DNA of 64,000 nucleotides from Escherichia coli (GTDB lineage Bacteria; Pseudomonadota; Gammaproteobacteria; Enterobacterales; Enterobacteriaceae): NCBI RefSeq assembly GCF_003334785.1, contig NZ_QOWV01000001.1; one strand, 5' to 3'. Shown piece by piece: positions 54,320 to 64,000 of this stretch (position 1 is its first letter; each line of letters starts with the position of its first letter). The notes under the pieces were generated by a model. It saw only the letters and a program-made list of their open reading frames with translations, ran no database searches and was not told where the DNA came from. The position numbers and the translations under genes were made by a program.

Positions 54320-56626
54320 ATGTTTAAGGCCAGGAATTGCGGCTGGATACGTTTACTGCCCCTGTTTATGCTGAGTCTACCAGTACAGGCGGAACTTCGA
54401 TGTGTTGCAAATGCAGTTGATATTGAATCATTTTTTTCTGCGGCTACCGCTGAAGATAAACAACAAGTTGAACAAGCTATCAACAGTAGCGTGAATCTTG
54501 TCCCCTTCGGTTTATCTGCATCGAACTGGAAAGTGCATCGTGGCGATTTAGTGGTAGAAGGTAATATAGAGAGTAATCAAAAATTGATTGTTCTTGGGAA
54601 TTTGACAGTCAAAGGTAATATTTCCACTTTCTCTCTTTCTAATCCATGGGTTATTCTCGGTAACGTGACGGCAACGAATATAGTTGCGGATTCACCACTG
54701 TTAATTACCGGTTCGATAAATGCAAGTGGACTGGTATTTATCGACTCATATTACGATAATCCGTCTACGATTAAGGGGAGTATTAATGCGCGTGGGATAT
54801 TTATCAATGACATAATTGCACCTGTTGTTGCGTCTTCGACAAATAGTGAATTCATGGTCCGTGCGAGTGACAAACATGACACTGAAAATGTCAAAAAAGC
54901 GCTGATGATAATAAATCCTGATGCATATTATTGGGGGCTAATTAATGATGAAGATGCTCTGAAAGAAATTTTTAAGCGAAGCAATATTCGCATGGCAGGG
55001 AATGTCTGTAATCAGATGAAAAAAGAAGCGCTGTTTCGCCCTAAGCCTTCTCCTGAGTTAGTGCAAGAATTGCAAATGCTGGATGAAGGCAAAGTTGCTG
55101 CATTTGAAGGACGAGACATTGCGACATTTGATCTTGCCGTAATGCGAACTCTCCCAAGGCTTAAAGGAATTTCAGCTAACCTACGCAAACAACTTATTAA
55201 TAGCAATGATGAACAAACGATTGAAAGTATGGCGAGATATATGCCTGACAATGAGATTCTGGAGTTGACCGATCAGCAATTGGGTTACCAGCCTGTTGTT
55301 CTGGGGTTGCTCGACCGTGAACCGCTCTCTGTCGAAATAATGACGCGAATGAGTCGTCTACCTGATGGTGTCGGTCCGTTGAATCTTGCGCTACGTGAAA
55401 ATCTCCCTCTGGATATCGTCATGACTCTGGCGAAAAGAGATTGGGATATGATCATTCAGGAGCTTTATAAAGATGCGTGGTTATTGCCTGAATCCATTAT
55501 TGATGGCTATATCCGCAGTGATGATTCCTCTATTCGTCAGGTCGGTGCTGGAGGACAACTCACCTACAATCAGGCAATGCAGTTGGCGAACGATTCATCA
55601 AACAATGTTGTCACAAGCTTAGCGTTCAAGCTGGCAGAGATGAAACACCATGGTCAATTGTTGCGGATGACGCCACAAGAGAGTGACAAAGTTGCAGGCT
55701 ATTTATACCAAAAATTCGAGAATGACGATGATCTAATACGTGTGTTATTTTTAGCATTGCCAGATAACTTACAGTTTAATTTTGTTAAAAGGATGGAGAA
55801 AAAATCCCCGGCCTACTTTTGCTGTCGGGATATGCAGGTAATTCACTCTGACGCTGCTTTACAACGGTTATTGACACGTTTCAACGATCCTGAAGGGTGG
55901 AGTAATCTGGCGAAAAATCAGTATCTGAGCACGTCGATGAAACAAAAAATTTGGCAACGTGCTTTATCGCATCGGAAAAATAATCCGAAAGCAGATTCAG
56001 ATGCATATGAAACCAGCGCTGATATGATTTTGTCTGAGCTGATTAGCCACGGCGAAGTTGATGACCAGATGCTATTAAATGCCACCGCCCTGATACGTTC
56101 GGACGACTGGGACTTTTTAGAGAGTGCATTAATTAGTTGGGATAATTTACCCGCTGTTGTTCTCAAGGAATTACAGCAAAACACGCCACGCAATGATATT
56201 TGGGCGAAGTTTTTTCTGAGGCAGGAAAACAGTTCCCGTGCGCAGGTTGACGAAGCGTTACGTGTTTATTATGCACTAGACCCCGATGCGTTAGCACAAC
56301 TGGATGTACTGGCAAAACAACCGGATCGTATATGGTGGAGTACACTGGCGAAAAGCAATCTCACATTTTTCAAGTTCGGCGCACTTAACAACCGCCACAC
56401 ACCGCCTGCAGTACTGGCGGCAGAAATTGATCCCGAGTGGTGGATTGTGGCGATGAATAATCCCCGTTTTCCAGTTGATGTATTAAAGGCGAGGCTGAAA
56501 CGTGATCCTTTGCTGGCGTTAGAGCTTGTTAACCCTGAACTGGATTTAGTCCGCCAGCTGGCGCTTAACGGTAAGACGCGCGCAATACGGGAACAAGCGA
56601 TGAGAAAACTTGATGAGTTGTATTGA
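54320..56626 (+). CDS. ydbD: Uncharacterised large secreted/envelope protein YdbD
   Basis: ORF 54314..56626; ATG 54320 preceded by GGAG; N-terminal signal peptide (LLPLFMLSLPVQA); about 768 aa, no recognisable catalytic motif. Confidence 0.8.
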   Translation: MFKARNCGWIRLLPLFMLSLPVQAELRCVANAVDIESFFSAATAEDKQQVEQAINSSVNLVPFGLSASNWKVHRGDLVVEGNIESNQKLIVLGNLTVKGNISTFSLSNPWVILGNVTATNIVADSPLLITGSINASGLVFIDSYYDNPSTIKGSINARGIFINDIIAPVVASSTNSEFMVRASDKHDTENVKKALMIINPDAYYWGLINDEDALKEIFKRSNIRMAGNVCNQMKKEALFRPKPSPELVQELQMLDEGKVAAFEGRDIATFDLAVMRTLPRLKGISANLRKQLINSNDEQTIESMARYMPDNEILELTDQQLGYQPVVLGLLDREPLSVEIMTRMSRLPDGVGPLNLALRENLPLDIVMTLAKRDWDMIIQELYKDAWLLPESIIDGYIRSDDSSIRQVGAGGQLTYNQAMQLANDSSNNVVTSLAFKLAEMKHHGQLLRMTPQESDKVAGYLYQKFENDDDLIRVLFLALPDNLQFNFVKRMEKKSPAYFCCRDMQVIHSDAALQRLLTRFNDPEGWSNLAKNQYLSTSMKQKIWQRALSHRKNNPKADSDAYETSADMILSELISHGEVDDQMLLNATALIRSDDWDFLESALISWDNLPAVVLKELQQNTPRNDIWAKFFLRQENSSRAQVDEALRVYYALDPDALAQLDVLAKQPDRIWWSTLAKSNLTFFKFGALNNRHTPPAVLAAEIDPEWWIVAMNNPRFPVDVLKARLKRDPLLALELVNPELDLVRQLALNGKTRAIREQAMRKLDELY

Positions 56627-56796
56627 TCCACAACGTAATGTTTTTTAACTATCTGATTAATTGGGGATAATCATTCCTGACAGTGAGTCCCCAATACCTT
56701 GATATATTCTGAATTTTTAATGAAACGGCGTGTTGCGATATCTCCGTCAGGGGAATTGATGCACCATAGCGCAAACCGAATTATCAAGGATTGATA

Positions 56797-57402
56797 ATGA
56801 CGCTCTACCAGATAAAACCGCTCTTTCAGTCGCTGTTAAGGCCGACGATGTTTTGGCTTTATAAGCACCACGTTACAGCGAATCACATCACTCTTGCTGC
56901 ACTGGCGCTTTCTCTTCTTACCGGATTGCTGTTGATGTTGGCGGCACAACCCATCCTCTTTTTGCTATTGCCCATCGTGCTTTTTATCCGTATGGCGCTC
57001 AATGCGCTGGATGGCATGTTGGCGCGTGAGTGCAACCAGCAAACACGTCTGGGGGCGATTTTGAATGAGACTGGCGATGTTATTTCCGATATTGCGCTCT
57101 ATTTACCATTTTTATTTTTACCGGAAAGTAACGCATCACTCGTGATACTCATGTTATTTTGCACCATATTGACCGAGTTTTGCGGTTTACTCGCGCAGAC
57201 GATTAACGGTGTTCGCAGTTATGCCGGTCCATTTGGCAAAAGCGATCGCGCGTTAATATTTGGTCTGTGGGGTCTGGCCGTTGCCATTTATCCACAGTGG
57301 ATGCAGTGGAATAATCTTTTATGGAGCATTGCTTCAATTCTGCTTCTCTGGACTGCGATTAATCGTTGTCGGAGTGTGCTTCTTATGAGCGCTGAAATAT
57401 AA
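56797..57402 (+). CDS. ynbA: CDP-alcohol phosphatidyltransferase-family membrane protein YnbA
   Basis: ORF 56791..57402; ATG 56797 after AAGGA; DGxxAR motif (LDGMLARE) in a polytopic membrane protein. Confidence 0.8.
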   Translation: MTLYQIKPLFQSLLRPTMFWLYKHHVTANHITLAALALSLLTGLLLMLAAQPILFLLLPIVLFIRMALNALDGMLARECNQQTRLGAILNETGDVISDIALYLPFLFLPESNASLVILMLFCTILTEFCGLLAQTINGVRSYAGPFGKSDRALIFGLWGLAVAIYPQWMQWNNLLWSIASILLLWTAINRCRSVLLMSAEI

Positions 57403-58298
57403 TGCTGGAAAAATCTCTGGCAACACTTTTCGCGTTGTTAATTTTAGCAACGCTGATAAACCGTTTTCTGCTATGGCGGTTACCGGAGAGAAAAGGGGGT
57501 GAGGTTACATTACGTATTCGTACCTGGTGGGGCATCGTCATTTGTTTTTCAATGGTGATTTCAGGTCCACGCTGGATGACGTTGACGTTTTTTGCGCTGA
57601 TAAGTTTTCTGGCATTGAAAGAATATTGTACGCTTATATCTGTACATTTTCCGCGTTGGTTATATTGGGGTATTCCTCTTAACTATTTGCTTATCGGTTT
57701 TAATTGCTTTGAGCTGTTTCTGTTATTTATACCTTTGGCTGGGTTTCTGATATTAGCCACCGGGCAAGTTTTAGTGGGTGACCCCTCTGGTTTTCTGCAT
57801 ACCGTGAGCGCCATTTTTTGGGGCTGGATAATGACCGTTTTCGCCTTGAGTCATGCCGCCTGGTTATTAATGTTGCCAACCACAAATATCCAGGGCGGGG
57901 CGTTACTGGTGTTATTTCTTTTGGCATTAACCGAGTCAAACGATATTGCACAGTATTTATGGGGAAAATCCTGCGGCAGAAGAAAAGTGGTCCCTAAAGT
58001 CAGCCCGGGAAAAACATTGGAAGGTCTGATGGGCGGCGTCATCACCATCATGATTGCGTCACTGATTATCGGGCCGTTACTGACACCGCTAAATACATTA
58101 CAGGCATTATTAGCGGGTTTGTTAATTGGTATTAGTGGTTTTTGCGGCGATGTCGTGATGTCAGCCATCAAACGAGATATTGGTGTTAAAGATAGCGGAA
58201 AACTATTGCCAGGACATGGCGGACTCCTTGACAGGATTGACTCATTAATTTTCACCGCTCCGGTATTTTTTTATTTTATACGCTACTGCTGTTACTGA
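57402..58298 (+). CDS. ynbB: CDP-diglyceride synthase (CdsA)-like membrane protein YnbB
   Basis: 298-aa ORF; C-terminal phosphatidate cytidylyltransferase signature SAIKRDIGVKDSGKLLPGHGGLLDRID; start overlaps ynbA stop. Confidence 0.85.
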   Translation: MLEKSLATLFALLILATLINRFLLWRLPERKGGEVTLRIRTWWGIVICFSMVISGPRWMTLTFFALISFLALKEYCTLISVHFPRWLYWGIPLNYLLIGFNCFELFLLFIPLAGFLILATGQVLVGDPSGFLHTVSAIFWGWIMTVFALSHAAWLLMLPTTNIQGGALLVLFLLALTESNDIAQYLWGKSCGRRKVVPKVSPGKTLEGLMGGVITIMIASLIIGPLLTPLNTLQALLAGLLIGISGFCGDVVMSAIKRDIGVKDSGKLLPGHGGLLDRIDSLIFTAPVFFYFIRYCCY

Positions 58299-58313
58299 AG
58301 GAAAATAGAGAAA

Positions 58314-61377
<3,064 letters not shown>

Positions 61378-61386
61378 GTGGATTGA

Positions 61387-61416
61387 GATGTGGACTGAAT
61401 ATCTACAGTCCACATC
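61387..61416. terminator. 11-bp perfect-stem hairpin between convergent ynbD and azoR
   Basis: GATGTGGACTG-aatatcta-CAGTCCACATC; no strong U-tract. Confidence 0.45.
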
Positions 61417-61430
61417 AAGACCGTGTCCGG

Positions 61431-62045
<615 letters not shown>

Positions 62046-62235
62046 TTATAGATGTTTGAATGGGCGATGCCCCGTTGCTTGTTGACACTTTATTCACAAT
62101 CCTGCCACAGAGATAGCGCAATAAATCGAAGCCTATGTTCGAATTTATTGAACAACGCATAGAAAGCCGCGATGTGGTACTCTATATCTATCATTTAAAA
62201 GAAAATTAATCAGGCAGACTACTGCCCACTAACGT

Positions 62236-64000
62236 TATGACAGAACAACAAAAATTGACCTTTACGGCCTTGCAGCAGCGGCTGGATTCGCTGATGCTGC
62301 GTGACAGACTGCGTTTTTCTCGCCGTCTGCACGGCGTGAAGAAGGTTAAAAATCCTGATGCACAACAGGCCATTTTCCAGGAGATGGCGAAAGAGATTGA
62401 CCAGGCGGCAGGGAAAGTCCTGCTGCGTGAAGCGGCACGACCGGAAATTACTTATCCTGACAATTTACCGGTTAGTCAGAAAAAACAGGACATTCTCGAA
62501 GCGATTCGTGATCACCAGGTGGTGATCGTCGCCGGGGAAACGGGTTCTGGTAAAACGACTCAGTTACCGAAAATCTGTATGGAGCTGGGGCGCGGGATTA
62601 AAGGACTGATCGGCCATACCCAGCCGCGTCGTCTGGCGGCAAGAACAGTGGCGAACCGTATTGCGGAAGAGCTGAAAACGGAGCCGGGCGGTTGCATCGG
62701 TTACAAAGTGCGTTTCAGCGATCACGTAAGTGATAACACGATGGTCAAGCTGATGACCGACGGTATCCTGCTGGCGGAGATCCAGCAAGACCGCCTGCTG
62801 ATGCAGTACGACACTATCATTATTGACGAAGCGCACGAACGCAGCCTGAATATCGATTTTTTGCTCGGCTATTTGAAAGAGTTGCTGCCGCGGCGTCCTG
62901 ACCTAAAAATCATTATCACTTCCGCGACTATCGACCCGGAACGCTTTTCGCGCCACTTTAATAATGCGCCGATTATTGAAGTCTCCGGTCGGACCTATCC
63001 GGTGGAAGTGCGCTATCGCCCGATTGTTGAAGAAGCCGATGACACCGAGCGCGATCAGTTGCAGGCGATTTTTGACGCCGTAGACGAACTGAGTCAGGAA
63101 AGCCATGGCGACATTCTGATCTTTATGAGCGGCGAGCGGGAAATCCGCGATACCGCCGATGCGCTGAACAAGCTGAACTTACGCCATACCGAAATCTTGC
63201 CGCTTTATGCGCGGCTTTCGAACAGCGAACAAAATAGGGTATTCCAGTCGCACAGCGGACGGCGCATTGTGCTGGCGACCAACGTCGCGGAAACGTCGCT
63301 GACCGTACCGGGGATTAAATACGTTATCGACCCCGGTACAGCTCGTATCAGCCGCTACAGCTATCGCACCAAAGTGCAGCGTTTGCCGATTGAGCCGATT
63401 TCCCAGGCGTCTGCCAATCAGCGTAAAGGCCGCTGTGGTCGTGTGTCCGAAGGGATCTGTATTCGTCTCTATTCCGAAGACGATTTCCTCTCGCGCCCGG
63501 AGTTTACCGATCCGGAGATTCTGCGTACCAACCTGGCCTCGGTTATTTTGCAGATGACCGCGCTGGGGCTGGGCGATATCGCTGCGTTCCCGTTTGTCGA
63601 AGCACCGGATAAACGCAATATCCAGGATGGCGTGCGTCTGCTCGAAGAGCTGGGCGCGATCACCACTGATGAACAGGCCAGCGCCTATAAACTGACGCCG
63701 CTCGGTCGCCAGCTCTCGCAGTTGCCTGTCGACCCACGTCTGGCGCGTATGGTGCTGGAAGCGCAAAAACATGGCTGCGTGCGTGAGGCGATGATTATCA
63801 CGTCCGCGCTCTCCATTCAGGATCCGCGCGAACGTCCGATGGACAAACAGCAGGCATCGGACGAAAAACATCGTCGCTTCCACGACAAAGAGTCTGACTT
63901 TCTCGCGTTTGTGAATCTGTGGAATTATCTTGGCGAGCAGCAAAAGGCGCTTTCTTCCAACGCCTTCCGTCGCCTGTGTCGTACCGATTATCTCAACTAT
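62236..64000 (+). CDS. hrpA: ATP-dependent RNA helicase HrpA (DEAH-box), N-terminal 588 aa; continues past the window end
   Basis: ATG 62236 then open frame to window end (so absent from the ORF track); motifs GETGSGKTTQ, DEAH (IIDEAHE), SATID present. Confidence 0.9.

Overview
This window reads as a contiguous, mostly core Escherichia coli chromosomal segment, syntenic with the K-12 interval mppA to hrpA; I do not see a convincing previously undescribed system in it. Gene order on both strands is: mppA (3' part), ynaI, ynaJ, uspE, fnr, ogt, abgT-abgB-abgA, abgR, sRNA mcaS, smrA, dgcM, zntB, sRNA fnrS, dbpA, ttcA, uspF, ompN, sRNA micC, ydbK (pyruvate:flavodoxin oxidoreductase), ydbJ, hslJ, ldhA, ydbH-ynbE-ydbL, feaR, feaB, tynA, paaZ, paaABCDEFGHIJK, paaXY, ydbA, ydbC, ydbD, ynbABCD, azoR, hrpA (5' part). 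Gene names and expected lengths are from my recollection of K-12 and were not checked against a database. There is no integrase, transposase, phage structural gene, CRISPR array or recognisable defence cluster. The points most worth a second look are: (1) an in-frame TAG codon that splits abgB; (2) an uninterrupted 1922-aa ydbA autotransporter gene carrying about 294-bp tandem repeats; (3) ttcA intact and directly next to uspF, meaning no Rac prophage; (4) the functionally unassigned ynbABCD lipid-enzyme-like operon; and (5) a 57-codon proline-rich ORF between fnrS and dbpA. Start codons were refined from the ORF track using remembered K-12 protein lengths and visible Shine-Dalgarno motifs, so several starts are approximate.
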